Below are positions 23,718-37,934 of a stretch of 64,000 nt of DNA, one piece after another (the stretch's first letter is position 1; each line of letters begins with the position of its first letter). Source of the DNA: Octopus sinensis (lineage: Eukaryota). Location of the stretch: positions 88,846,001 through 88,910,000 of the forward strand of contig NC_042997.1 of assembly GCF_006345805.1 (NCBI RefSeq), read 5' to 3'. The notes beneath the pieces were generated by a model. That model ran no database searches. It had not been told where the DNA came from and worked only from the letters and a program-made list of their open reading frames with translations. The translations under genes and the position numbers were made by a program.

Positions 23718-25051
23718 AAATAAATACGCTTCTCGAGTTATTCAATCGTTTGTAAGTTACTTAGCCATTGGTTTGTCGTGAAGTAATTCTTAAGATGCCT
23801 AGACATTTGTGGATTGTTTGTTATCACAGCAGTTGTTTTTCTTCCTTCTTAGTTGTGTTACAGTAGCTTCTATAACCTTTTATTGGAAAGATTTATTTAA
23901 TCATTAATTTTATTATATTTTAGATATTTTGTTCAAATCTTTTGATCAGATGTGTACATATATACGTACGCGCGCAGAAGCACACATAACATATTCATAC
24001 ACATCATTTAAACAAGTAACTGAATCAATGAATAAATGAATGAACGAATGTGTTAATAGATTCATTTTATATTCATTTTATTAGTAATTGTGTTGATTTA
24101 ATAAATCTGCTGAGGCCTAACCTTGCTTGAATAGTAAGAAAATAAAGGAAAGAAAACACTTAGACGTCTGAAATTTAGCATAACACATTTCCCCGCAGTT
24201 TATCATGAAGCTGATGTTGTCTGATAGTCGTACCACTTACTCAGTCGTTATCATAGTCTGACAGTTCTACCAAGCCATAAATTTTATAGCATTCTGGAAG
24301 AAGAATGCATATTTGTTTTTAATCATAATTATTTAATTCCATGGAAAACATCTTCCAAAGTCCGACTATGTTGTCTTTCTCCACTGTTTCAGTGTAGCTA
24401 GTGATAATGCACATTAACTGGTCGCAACCAGTCCCCAGTGTTAATGAAATGATAGAAATGACAGTAAAATGTCAATAACCAATTCGTGCGATAATTCTCT
24501 TTCTACTATATCTACAGCTATAGATGTAGATGTAGAAGAAAGAGGGCTTAGAAGGAGCCCTGGTCGATGGGCGGAAGGGTGTATGCTCTCTTGGCCAACA
24601 CAAGGCATAGGTAAACATGGCCGGTTATTTAAGAATAGGGATGGGAAGAGCAAGTAAGCAGAGCTCTGGTTTTGCGCAACCACATGTTCAAAGGATGGCT
24701 CTGCAATACTTCGATATAAGAAATACAAGAGTTGTGGACAAAGACATTGGAGCTGACGTAGATCCGTGGCTCGTTGCTCTCATTACGCAATGTAGAGACA
24801 AGAAGCTTGCACGTAGGCGACATGCAGGATCAACAGGATGTGGAATGTGGAAACAGAGAATACTAGTAGTCGTTGGAGAAGTACAACTCATGAAAAAAGA
24901 ACTGGAAAAGCTCATCAACCGAGTATCATCAATATTTCTGCAACCCAGAAGAGCACAAAATTTGGAATATTTAATTTAGGGCTTGATGCAGTTTGGATTC
25001 GGCCCTACAGGATATAAAACAAGAGGTATAGCACAACAACAATAATAATAA

Positions 25052-26025
25052 TTCTTTATACTATAGGCACATGGCCTGAAATTTCGTGAGAAGTGGCTAA
25101 TCGATAATATCGACTCCGGTGCTTAACTGATCGACACCGGAAGGATGAAAGGCAAAGTCGACCTCAGCAGAATTTGAACTCAGAATGTAAAGACAGGTGA
25201 AATGCCGCTAAGCATTCTACCCGGCGTGTTAACTATTCCGCCGCCTTAACAATAATAATCTTTTCTACTCTAGGAACAAGGCCCGAAATTTTGGGGGAGG
25301 GAGCCAGTCGATTACATCGACTCCAGTACGCAAATGGTATTTAATTTATCGATCCTGAAAGAATAAAAGGCCAATCGATATCGGCGGAATTTCAACTCAG
25401 AACGTAATACCTATTTTTTTTATTTCCCACAAGGGGATAAACATAGAGAGGAGAGACAAAGACAGACAAACGGATTAAGTCGATTATATCGACGCCAGTG
25501 CGTAACTGGTACTTATTTAATCGACCCCGAAAGGATGAAAGGTAAAGTCGACCTCGGCGGTATTTGAACTCAGAACGTAACGACAGACGAAATACCTATT
25601 TCTTCACTACCCACACGGGGATAAACACAGAGAGGACAAAAAGGACAGATAAACGGATTAAGTCGATTATATCTACCCCAGTGCGTAACCGGTACTTATT
25701 TAATCGACCCCGAAAGGATGAAAGGCAAAGTCGACCTCGGCGGAATTTGAACTCAGAACGTAACGGCAGACGAAATACGGCTACGCATTTCGCCCGGCGT
25801 GCCAACGTTTCTGCCAGCTCACCCACTTCTTACTAATAACAATATTAATAATCATAATTATTATTTCTACACAAGGCACAAGGCCTTGAAAAGTTTTTGG
25901 GGAAAGGGGCTAGTCGATTACATCGACCCCAGTGAGTAATTGGTACTTGTTTCATCGACCCCGAAAGGATGAAAGGCAAGGTCGACCTCGGCGGAATTTG
26001 AATTCAGAACGTAGCAGTAGACGAA
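25052..26025 (-). mobile_element. SINE family A cluster including a head-to-tail trimer (25259-25824)
   Basis: Monomer 25052-25247; multimer with an ~183-bp internal unit (acgaaatac at 25587 and 25770); 5'-truncated copy 25862-26025. Confidence 0.88.
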
Positions 26026-26026
26026 C

Positions 26027-26084
<58 letters not shown>

Positions 26085-26087
<3 letters not shown>

Positions 26088-26641
26088 GCCCTGATGGAGT
26101 ACCAGGCAGTGGCTCTCATGGCTTCTGATCTTAACTGATTGGATGTGTTATCATGTACATTGTTTCGTCTTGGTATAAAAGATGGGCTACATCAAATATT
26201 CTGCTCAATACCACAGATTTGCTTGTCAGTTGTTTGACCTTAACCAGTTGAGCATGTCCCTTATTGGCTGACGATATGTGCATCTCTGATCACGAGCAGA
26301 AGTAGTGTGGGAGCATCATAGCCATGTGTTGAGAGAGATTCTTTGGGGTTTGAATAATTCACCTCTGGAAACATGGGCGGTTCTTTCAACATCCTCAAAC
26401 AACCCTTATTCAGGGACCTTTTGAGCGGGATGGGCTACTCAACCTGAAGAAAATTCTAACTGGGCCCCACCTGCAAGGCCATGTGCTGTTTATCTTGATA
26501 TGAGATCACCATGTCACGCACATATGGTTGTGATGCATGTGCCTGGTGTACCCTTATCAGACGGGTAGTCATGATGGGTATATTGGGCTTCGTATATTTT
26601 ACCCCAGTGTCACTTTGATGGCATGAACTGCTCTCTCACTC
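26085..26641. mobile_element. Unclassified ~556-bp interspersed element embedded in (AAT)n
   Basis: Complex non-coding block flanked by (AAT)n on both sides (26027-26084, 26642-26700). A diverged partial copy lies at ~31833-31990. Confidence 0.7.
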
Positions 26642-26728
<87 letters not shown>

Positions 26729-27914
26729 AAGAAGAAGAAGAAGAAGATGATGATGATAATGGTTTCAAATTTTGACGCAAGGTCAGCAATTTTAGGGAGA
26801 GGAGTAAGTCCATTATATACTCCAGGGGTCAACTGATACTTATTTTATCTACTCTGAAAGGAAGAAAGGCGAAGTCAGCCTCGGTGGAATTTGAACTCAA
26901 AACGTAAAGAGCATGAACAAATACCAAGAGGCCGTTGGTAATAAAAGTTAAACAGGACTGGACCCAGATATTAACACGTTAGACAATGCTAATATTGGAC
27001 ACAATATAATTGAAGAATCAATCATTTTTGTTTTCGGAATAAATGGTCCCCAGTTATACGCTACAGGGGACAAACATCTAGAAACAATATTTTTACACTG
27101 TACATAGGTTTACCAGAAAAAATGATGCGATATTAACAAGTATACTAACAATGCAAGTAATACAAGCCAAAGAGAGATTTTAGAGAGGTTGCAGACATTC
27201 GAATTTAGAGTAAGAAAGAAGCGTGGTGGTAGTATGTCACAAAAGAGTGACCGAAGTATGTCACAAGAACGTGTGTCTTCTCACAGAGGAGAAAAGTCAC
27301 ATGACTATTTCTGAAGGATGGAGATGGCTTCCACATGCCTTCAAAGGAAGAGATGAAGATAGCCTCAGACAATGTTTGACATCATAAGTTCTCTGTTTAT
27401 AGAGTTGGAGCATATTGAGTGGGAGTGTATGTCTGCTTTTCGAAATTGAGAACGAGATAAGAAAGCAGATTGAACTGGTATACCACACACCTACTCAAAA
27501 ATTAATGCCAAAGTAATAACATAAGGATGTCAGCACAGAACATTGGTGGTGATAATGACTTTGATTTCGCTGTTACTTTCGCAATGGAGTATATGCAGGC
27601 GCTGACAACCGAAATAACACAGAATGACATGTGAAACTGCGCTAATGATGCCTGAACACCGTAGAGTAATCTCGGAGTTGTGTCTCATTGTGGGTGCAGG
27701 GAGAAAGACAATAATATTGGTGTTGCAGAGCAGAAAGCCTAACTGTTACACATTTAGCAGCATGACCAATGGGAGAGTTTGTGAAGGAGCTGGAAAGACA
27801 GAGAAAGTAAACAACAGTAGGTTTCAGTGGTTGATGTTTCCAGGGTACCACCAGATTTGAGAAAGAAATTGCCTCGTCCACAGTGCTATAACTGACGAAC
27901 AGATGTCTCCTTAC

Positions 27915-27984
27915 TTTGATCACAACCAGTACATCCTTTCTTAGGCGGATATTTTTCTCCAAAGTCATTCATATTCAACTCTTC
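27915..27984 (-). CDS. Candidate 70-nt coding exon, EELNMNDFGEKYPPKKGCTGCDQ (gene unidentified)
   Basis: Minus strand: ...gcaagatttcag|GAAGAG...GATCAAA|gtaagg. Only one of three frames is open and the peptide is protein-like. No family recognised. Confidence 0.4.
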
Positions 27985-29231
27985 CTGAAATCTTGCAATA
28001 CAACATTCAAAACTAAAAATCATTTCCTGCAGGATTTGAACGCAGAACATGAAGGGACGTAATTATAATTTTAATTACTAATTCAATGAATTTCGTGCAT
28101 ACAAAATGAAGGGCGTGGGAAATAGGATTCGTCAAAAACCAAAAAATAAAGGTTGTTTTTTTTTTTGTATCGTAAATAACGCGTTCTTGTGTCTCGTTGC
28201 TTAGAGTTCACATTTATGAATAGTGTCTTTATGCAGTTATTCCCACAAAGTGGCACACGCTCAAGGAAAAACACATAGATACGCACGCGCGCTTATACAC
28301 ACATTTAAACACATAAATCTCGGCAGGATGTGAAGTCAGAGCATAAAGGGACGTAACTAAATACCGAAAACATTTCATTCATCGCTCTGCCGTCTATACC
28401 ACTTCACCGCCTTCAATAATAATAATCATAATTTCTTTATAATATTTATTTATAATAACAATGGTTACAGCAGCAGCAGCAACAACAACTTAGCAACAAT
28501 AGTAGGCCATATTTATTTTTCAAACATCTAAATGTTTCTTTCTTTTTCCTTCATTCTTCAACAAACGTTAGGCTTCAGCAAGTTTATTAAATCAACAAGA
28601 TTAGTAGTAGAATGAATCTACTAAAACATTCATTCATTGCTCTGTTCATTCATTCTTTCATTCGTTCGTTTGCTTAATCGATGTTTGCGCGTATGTATGC
28701 ACGCGCATGTGTGTGTGTGTGTGTGTGTATTTAAGTGTATGTTGCTTTGTGAGTAAACTATATAAAGACTCCATTCATAAACGTAAACCCTGAGCAACGA
28801 GCTATAAGAACACACGTCACTTTCTATGAAAAAACTTTCTTTTAGCGTATCCTAGTTCCCAAGCTCTTCATTTTACATGCACGAAGTCCATTGAATTGAT
28901 GATTAAAAGGATAATGTCGTTGGTATAAACTGGTAGGAAAGAGGGAGGAAGAGAGAGAGAGAGAGAGGGGGAGAGAAATATTGTCCTTGTCTATTATAGA
29001 AACAATAGCACACCTGGTCTATAAGTTCCTGATTATCAGAGCTAAACTAAAGATATACTAATGTCTCTGTTGCATGGCAATAAGTACCATGCTCTATTTC
29101 CTTATAGGTGTGCAGGGATGCCGAATACTTAAGAAGTTAGCTTTGCGATAATGAAGGTTTGCGATCGAACCCATTGTACGGCACCTGAGGCAAGTAAAAG
29201 ATACTTTTAAAAGATACATCAGTTAATATTG

Positions 29232-29430
29232 ATTTAAAAATTTTGGCATAAGGCCAGCAATTTCGGGGGAGGGGACTATTCGATTACATCAACTGGTACT
29301 TATTTTATGGATCCCGAAAGATGAAAGGCAAAATCGACCCCGGCGGAATTTGAACTCAGAACGTAAAGACGGACGAAATGCTGCTAAGCATTTTGCTCGT
29401 CGTGCTAACGATTCTGCCAGCTTGCCGCCC
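29232..29430 (-). mobile_element. SINE family A monomer
   Basis: Reverse-strand head-to-tail match to family A. Confidence 0.85.
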
Positions 29431-29714
29431 TTACACCAGTTAGTATTAATTTTTTTTTATCATAGCATTGGTTCAATCTAATCTTTGTAAAATTTGGAAG
29501 ACGAAAACTGAACCGGAAACCCTTTGATCAGATTGAACTTGTCACGTTTGTTGTTACGCCGATCTTGCATATTTCCTTTAACGGTACCAATTAATTTCTC
29601 TAGTAAATTCTAACAATCAAACAACGTTATTGTTTTTTTTTTAACTATCAAAAATCTTTCGGTTTATCTGGGCGGGAAGAAAAGTTTTGCCTCTATCCTT
29701 CCTCTTAACTGTGT

Positions 29715-29764
<50 letters not shown>

Positions 29765-29916
29765 TGGCGGTGATGGTTGTGGTGGGGAGAGTCAATTATA
29801 TCGACCCTGGAACTTGACTGGTATTTAGTTAAGTCCTGGTCAATGTAATCGATGGTTCCTGCTTCATATAATTTTCAGACTTGTACTTATATTTGAAATT
29901 ATCATCAACATTATAT

Positions 29917-30628
29917 TCTTTTCTACTCTTGGCACAAAGGCCAGAATTTTGGGGAAGGAGGCCAGTCGATTACATCGACCCCAGTACGCAACTGGTACTT
30001 AATTTATCGACCCCGAAAGGATGAAAAGCAAAGTCGACCTCGGCGCAATTTGAACACAGAACGTAAAAACAGACGCCAAGCATTTCGCCCGGCGTGCTAA
30101 CGTTTCTTATTTTTTACTGTCTACAAGGGGCTACACACAGAGGGGACAGACAAGGACAGACAAACGATCCCGACTGCGTAACTGGTACTTATTTAATCGA
30201 CCCCGAAAGGATGAAAGCAAAGTTGACCTCTGCGGAATTTGAACTCGTCTCCCGGTACGTTCTGAGTTCAAATTCCGCCGAGGTCGACTTTGCCTTTCAT
30301 CCTTTCGGGGTCGATTAAATAAATACCAGTTACGCACTCGGGATCGATGCAATTGACTTGATCCCTTCCCCCAATTTTGAGGCATTGTGCTTCCAGTAGA
30401 AAATATCATTATTAGGGCGGCGAGCTGGCAGCATAGTTAGCACGCCGCGCAAAATGCCTAGCGGCATTTCGTCCATCTTTACATTCTGAGTTCAAATTCC
30501 GCTTAGGTCGACTTTTCCTTTCATCCTTTCGGGGGTCGATAAAACAATTACCAGTTCAGCACTGGAGTCGATGTAGTCGAGTTATTCCCGTCCCTGAAAT
30601 TGCTGGCCTTGTACCAAAATTTGAAATG
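29917..30628. mobile_element. SINE family A cluster: minus-strand chimera (29917-30245) followed by plus-strand copies (30258-30410, 30416-30628)
   Basis: Repeated atcgaccccgaaaggatgaaa bodies, then gttctgagttcaaattccgccgagg bodies in the opposite orientation. Confidence 0.85.
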
Positions 30629-30800
30629 ATAATAATAATTATTATTATTATCTGAATACCCGGATTCAACAAAATTCACGCTTGTAAAGTAGTTTTTCCA
30701 CAAGAAACGTTATTGTCTTTTTTTTAACTATCAAAAATCGTTCGGTTTATCTGGGCGGGAAGAAAAGCTTGCCTCTACCCTTCCTCTTAACTGTGTAAGT

Positions 30801-30892
<92 letters not shown>

Positions 30893-33456
30893 GGGGTGCT
30901 GCTAAGTGGTAGGGTGTTGCACTCACGATCGTAAGCTTGTGGTTTCTATTCCTAGACTATATAATACGTCGTGTTCTTTTCCTGTTGCTCCAGTCCACTC
31001 TGCTGGCAAAAATGAGTAAATCTGCAACAAACCGGCGTCCCATCCGGGAAAGAAATATAAACGCCACTGAATCCAGGAAACCAGCCTTATGGACCTTTAG
31101 ACCTTTGATCCTCTATACACAATACATACACACACACACACACACGGTTCAACATTGTACAAAAAAAGACAGAGACAGGTGAGAGAATAACAAACAATAT
31201 GCATTAAGTTAACGCTCAAGAAAAATGGAAGTTTTTGACGTTTCGAATCTACGCCCTTCTGAAGAAAGGAATGAGGAGAGAAAACAGATGGAAAGAGGGG
31301 AAAAGGGCTTGTCTGAGTTAACGGTTGCACATGTTGAATTGACCGGAAGGAAGGAAGTGGTTGTTTCTCTCAAAATGGGTGCTTTCGTTGTAGTGGGAAT
31401 AAGCGATAGTCATAGTAGTAATAGCATTCACACTATTGAGAAGAGTGTATAGGCCCCACCACCATCACCACCACACGCACACACACGCACATACACCAAA
31501 AAGAATAAATAAAAGGGTGGGCTAAAAGTAAAACAGCAAACACGACCATTAAGTAAGTAGACACAATTTTTTACACAAACATTTAATTCGAAAAGCACAC
31601 TAATAGTAGTGAAAACGTAAATTACCCTACATGACAAAATCTTTACTTTTTTATGTCTTTAGTCGTAAGCGTTATTTCCTATTTGCTTCTATCTAGAAAT
31701 CAAAAGAAATTACTACTATTCCCTTCAAACTTTGCTTTTGTCGCCAAGAGATCAATGTTTTGAAACTGACCTATTTTCCATTACATTTCAGACAGATTCA
31801 GCGTTGAGTTGCTCAAGTACAAATATCATTATAGTAAATATTCAGCTCAATACCACAGATTTGTTTGCCAGTTGCTTGACCAAAACCACTTGAGCATGCC
31901 CCTCAATGGCTGACAATATGTGCATTTCTAATCATGATCAAGTGTAGTGGAGGAGTATCGTAGCCATGTGTTGAAAAGTATTTTGGGGGCTTGAACAAAT
32001 GTAACAAAAGCAAAGTTTGAAGGAAATATTAGCAATTTTTCATATATTGTAGGGGTAAGCAAATAGGAAGTAACCGTTGCTATTCGAGGATGTAAAAAAT
32101 CGTGTTACACAGTGTTATATGACAAAACGTAAAAAATAACGAGCACGCCAACAACAGCAAGTCATCTTTTGCTAGCAAGGCACACCTAGTGGAGATGTTG
32201 GACATGAGTCTGCCCCAAGCAAAAGAGAGAATGTTGTCGACAAAGAAAGTGCTTCTTACCAAACGATTTTATGCAGTAAAAGGAAAACAGGTGTGACATC
32301 CCTGTTTTACAAAAATCGGAGCTTCTATATACCCCTCAAAAGAAGAGTTATAGAAGGAGCTCTGGCCGATGTCTGGAAAGATGTATGCTCCCTTAACCGA
32401 CTCTGGGTTTAGGTGTCAATAATTTAAGAATCAACCTCTTTACCAATGCCCCTATCTTTGACCCTTGAATTATATTACAGCACTACACTGAGAGAAGGTA
32501 TTGGGAAACCAATTCGGCTTATCACACCTGCTCGTCTTTGTTCTTGTAAACAAAGTACACACTCCTATATTTCCTTAGTGGAAGAAGATACATCACTCAA
32601 GATATTTAACAGCTTTTTCGAGGGTACATGGAAGTCCTCTCCGCTTTTCGTAAGACAGCGGTGTGTCAAAGGAAGAGAGTAGTCCAAACCGAGGTCGCAG
32701 TACCTCTCGTAACATTCCTCTCTCATAATCTTTTTTTTTTTTTTTTGGAGTGCTGGTCTATTTCGAGTGACTCCCATTGACTAGTAATGCTAGCAAAACT
32801 CATGCTATTATTACTAACGATATAAACAAAATTATTTTTGTGTCTTTTTGTTACAGTTTAAATGTTTTCTGTGCTTGCTTGTCTGGTGGATGTTTACCGC
32901 CGTTACTTTGAGTAGAGAAAAAAGTAAGTTTTTAAGCATCTTTTTATTTTATATTCTCACATTCACTTCAGTATGATTTTTCATTCTAGGAGAGTGAGAA
33001 ACGTCCCTCAAAAAGTAAAAATGAACATAACAAAACAGAGTACAAGATACCCTTGTTAAAAATGACATATACTATTTCAAATAAAAAAAAGTAACAGGTG
33101 AAACAAATTTACACGACACAAACAAAAGCAATGACAATGACAATTCTTTTGCTAGCATTACTTGCCAAAGAGACGTATGTATTACACATCGCTCAACTGC
33201 AAGAAAAAAAAATACAGCGACGAAAAGTGGTGTGCCACCAAGAAAAGTGGCTTCCTTGCTTGAGAGATTTATCTAAGAATGTGCAGAGATTATGGTGACT
33301 TATCTCTGCATCGCAAACGAAGATGGTTAAATTTACCTTCAAAATAATAGCTTGAGAAGCCCTAAAGTCATGTTTCCTCTGTTGATATTGGAAGAATGTT
33401 CGAGAGTATATGCTTGGTCCAAAAAAATCAGTAGAACTGATGCTTCACACAACTCG

Positions 33457-33516
<60 letters not shown>

Positions 33517-33712
33517 AGTGCATGTGAATGGCTTTGTGGTTAATAAGTTTACTTCGCAATTACGAGGCTTCAGTTTCAGTTCCACTCTGTGGTAAATTTG
33601 GCAGACAGAAACACCAAGGAAGCTTGTAGTATACGCATTTATGTATGTTTGTACATACATACAAGCATACAGTTACACACACACACACACACACACACAG
33701 ATACACACACAC

Positions 33713-33745
<33 letters not shown>

Positions 33746-35340
33746 TGTATGTATGTATGGATATATGTGCGCTTGTGTGTGTGCGCGCTGTGTGTGTGCG
33801 CGCTGTGTGTGTTTGTCTAGGAATATGTATGTCTGTGTGTATGGACACACACAATTTTATGGTTATATACATACATAGATGCTAACAGACACCTCTATAT
33901 GTGAACGTCTATTCTCACTCGCACGCACACATACACAGACACACACACAGACACACACATACACTCTCTCTCTCATACATACATATACACTCACGCGTGC
34001 GCGCGCTCACACACATCCACACACAGAGCTTTTGTATGTATGTGAATACACACACATGGTTGTTCTATGTGTATTATCTTGTACTCATACTAACATTCAC
34101 ACAAAGTCCTGTCTCTCTGACGACAAACGCAGCAGGATCCACAATTAATGAAGTAAACGATAAAGTACATCCGTTGATGATTTTCAGATATTTACGCCAG
34201 GCAAAGGTCGTGAAACGAGTTATAAACGGAGTAATTCTGGTTTGGCAGGATTAGTTCTCGTCACGTTATAGACAACAACGTGTGATGGAACTGTTCACTT
34301 TTACAGTTGATTCGTTATTCTCAAAGCAATTTTACTGACATCAGATAGGTGGAGTTAAATACGACAATGGAGATGGAAAATGAATTAGAAAATATTCATA
34401 TATCATGCCTCGTATTTATTTTATATCATTCTAGTGTGAAATGGTCACGCAGACACATACACACATTTTGTTTGGTTAAATCACACGGTTTCAAACTTTT
34501 AACCTGTTTGAGATTGAGTTCTTCGTACTCATCCTTGCGTATTGGGAAAAGATCATGTTTTACGTTTTGTTCTCAGCGTATTGTTCGGGGGAGGTACGCT
34601 GTGCTTTCGGCATCTATAATAGCTAAATCACAACTAAGCTATATCCTTCCATGTACGAATTAAATAATCTTTACACAAATTAAAATAACCTCGAAGCAAA
34701 TTAACATAATTTCTAAAATTAAAAGCAAGAAAAAATTAAAATGACTTAAAAGTATATCGAAAATTATGGAATGAATTAAATTGTAGATATTTAGGTAAAA
34801 TATAGTCGGTAATCTGTGGTTGAAATGGTTTTAAATTTCTTTAAAATCTGAATTCATTTCATTTGATTTATATCTTCAATGTTGTGTTTACTTACGGATG
34901 ATGACAGTCAGTCTAAAAGCAACAAGAGCTTGTTTCAAACAAGTACTTCTTTAAAGCGAGATGTCAAGCAGAAAGCCATGCAAGTAGAGAGGCATACAAG
35001 AACTTTGCACTCTTATACTTGTAGTGTGTGCAGACGAACAACGAGAAGATTGTGAATCCATTTACTGCAGGATATGGTGTTAAGAATACAACAGTATATA
35101 ATTAAACACGCAGAGATAGAGCATCATCTATGGGGAAAGGACAAAGTCAAGCTTGAAAATTAAGATATTGAATAATTTGTTGAGTTTGGTCAAACATGTA
35201 GCCACAATTATCATTGAAAAGCCCTAGCGAATATTTGCAATCAACGTATAGATTGACTGTCCTAAAGATCTGTAGAAATTCCAGTTGATACTTGTTCAAG
35301 CAATATTACCAGTTAAAATTTAACTGTAATTTATTATAAA

Positions 35341-36097
35341 CTAGCAGTATAGCCTGGCGTTGATCGGGTTTGTTTTTTAGTTGCGCTTAAAACGACAGAC
35401 TGTGATGTCGCGTTAACAAATTTTTGACATAGTTTCAATCTATGACTAAAAGTATAGTGTCACGATGCTCGAGTTTGCTCTGAATGTACTGCAAATGTGT
35501 AATGCCGACTTCAATTGTTGGTATTGTTGGTTAATATTCCTTCTATTAACATTATGGAGAAAAAAATTACCCGTAGAAAATGAAGCTCAAGTTTCGAACT
35601 GCACTGGAAATCTATTAAGAAGTTAACACTGCAACAGTATTCATTAAGAAAAAGTACAGGAAAATCCGAAACGTTGGATCAGCTGATCCATCATTCGCTC
35701 AAAACCAATAACATCACAAAAAAATTCTTTTTGACCCTTTAGAATTGGAATTTTTGAAAAGTAAAAATTTTGCATTATGTAGCTTGTTATTCTCTGTAAG
35801 TGAACATTCTGGTTGAAATACAGCGAAAAATGGCGACACAGCAGTCAAAAAATCGTAAAAAATAGGGATTTTCATAGAAAAAAAGCACCTTTTTGAGGTA
35901 AATAATTTTTGGTCTTAACATGGTCCGATTTGAATTTTTTTTCTTCTACAGAATGAAGAGCAAGCTTTCTTCTATCATACTCTCAATTTTGGTCAACTTG
36001 TGCCGCAGGGTCTCGGAGGAGATAGTGTTAGTTGAAGGCTACCAAACCTGCCACACACACACACACACAGACAACTTCAGCTTTATATATATATAGA
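35341..36097 (-). mobile_element. Non-autonomous Helitron
   Basis: Minus strand: A|TCTATATATATATAAAGCTGAAGTTG ... CCCGATCAACGCCAGGCTATACTGCTAG|T, i.e. 5' TC, 3' CTAG, a degenerate subterminal hairpin and an AT insertion site. Confidence 0.8.
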
Positions 36098-36772
36098 TTA
36101 TCAGAAATATGGTTTGATGGCATCAATAAATTAGAAAAAAATATATAATTTGCTTCGAGATTATTTTGATAATACTTGAAAAGTTGTTGAAGTTTCCACA
36201 AGGATGTTTGTAAACACCATATCAATTATAACACTAACCAGGCGTCAGATTTTATAATCTAACGCATCTTGACTGTAATTTTAAGGACATTGCACTGCTG
36301 TTTCTAGTCGAGAGACAACATAGATACTTCTTCATTGGTTGATGTCGCCAACTGTAACCGGTTGTTGTGGCTCTCCAGAAATATCATAATTCGTAGTAGA
36401 ATTGCATCAAGTGTTATCGTACTTTTTTTAAAATATAGCTTTATAGTCCACTAATTATCCGATTTATATAAACTGATGAACGGTTAGTAGTTAGATTGTC
36501 TGGTTAAAAATTGAAGTAGTTTTTGAAGTATCTCAAGCTCTAGATTGTGTTCATAGCCAAGACAACTCTCAAATATTTCAGATCATATTCTCTACATAGG
36601 TAACACATCGACTGAATGAATCTTCCACAGATTAACTAATTTTATGAACATGGTTTCGATATGGTCTAATGCATAGGGACTCACCATCAGTACCCTAACA
36701 AATTAACATTACATATTGCTACAGGTATATGTAAATCATTTAGGAGTATTTCCTATATATTCTCTCACACAC

Positions 36773-37404
36773 ACAAATCGAACACACACGCACAAGGTGT
36801 GTGTGTTGTTAGTTCGTCGGGCGGTTGCATTTACCCCCTGGTGTAAAAACACTTGAAAGCAAGTCATAGACAACCGAGACAGCTCACATTAAACCACTTT
36901 TTTTTCCTTGGAGCGACAGACATCGATGTTTCACTATTGTTTTGACTTGTCAATGCCGCATACCGAGTAAGGTTTGCTGCAAGCTATCTGACCGGCTATG
37001 ACTATATGTTAGATGGTTTAATAACCATCTGTTGGCATGTCCCAACGTTTCATGTCACGGAAACAATTCAAATATGAATTAGAAGCAGATAGAGGTATAT
37101 AAACAAAATCGAACACACATACACAAGGTGTGTGTATAGTTAGTATATCGGGCGGCTGCAGTTTTTTAGGCGCAAAGGAATATATTCCCAATGCCCCTGG
37201 TGTAAAAACACCTGAAAGTAAGTCATAGACAAGCGAGACAACTCACATCAAATCCCATCTTTTCGGAGCGACAGACATCGATGTTTTGTCATTGTTTATC
37301 AATGGTGCATACCAAACAGGGTCTGCTGCAAGCTGCCTGACCGGCTATGACTATATACTAAATGATTTAAAAACCATCTGTTGGCATGTTCAGTGTTTCA
37401 TGCC

Positions 37405-37405
<1 letters not shown>
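36773..37405. repeat. Diverged tandem duplication, ~330-bp period (36773-37065 / 37102-37405)
   Basis: Shared blocks aatcgaacacaca, cccctggtgtaaaaacac, ggagcgacagacatcgatgttt, tgaccggctatgactatat, aaccatctgttggcatgt. Confidence 0.9.
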
Positions 37406-37453
<48 letters not shown>

Positions 37454-37484
37454 TATAGATATAGATAGATAGATAGATAGATAG

Positions 37485-37534
<50 letters not shown>

Positions 37535-37934
37535 CGTCAAACTGAGGTCTTAACATGGGAGATTATCAACCCAAAGTGTGTACTAATTCTAGTTTGATAT
37601 CAGGACCAGTACCTGGAAAAGTAGAGAGCAATTCAAAACTCCTAGGATATGATCTCTATTTATAATCTATAGAATGCAACACTATGAAAAAGTGCAAGTG
37701 ACAACTAAATAATAAAAAAACGCAAAATCATACTGAAATAATGAAAAACAAATGCGTATAACACAAAATGTTATGCGCAACTTTGCAAGTTGTCTGTATG
37801 ATTTGAGCCATATAGACGACTGATTTTCAGATCATGTAAATCTGTGCAGCAAAATTGAAGACAATCGATAAAAAATTAAATAGAAGAAATTAAAATAAAT
37901 TCAGGTATGTGATAATTTCGGAGATGTAAATATA

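Noticed and set aside
32090-33350. Complex, coding-looking stretch
   Set aside because: No recognisable motif in any frame; probably an old transposon but unassignable.
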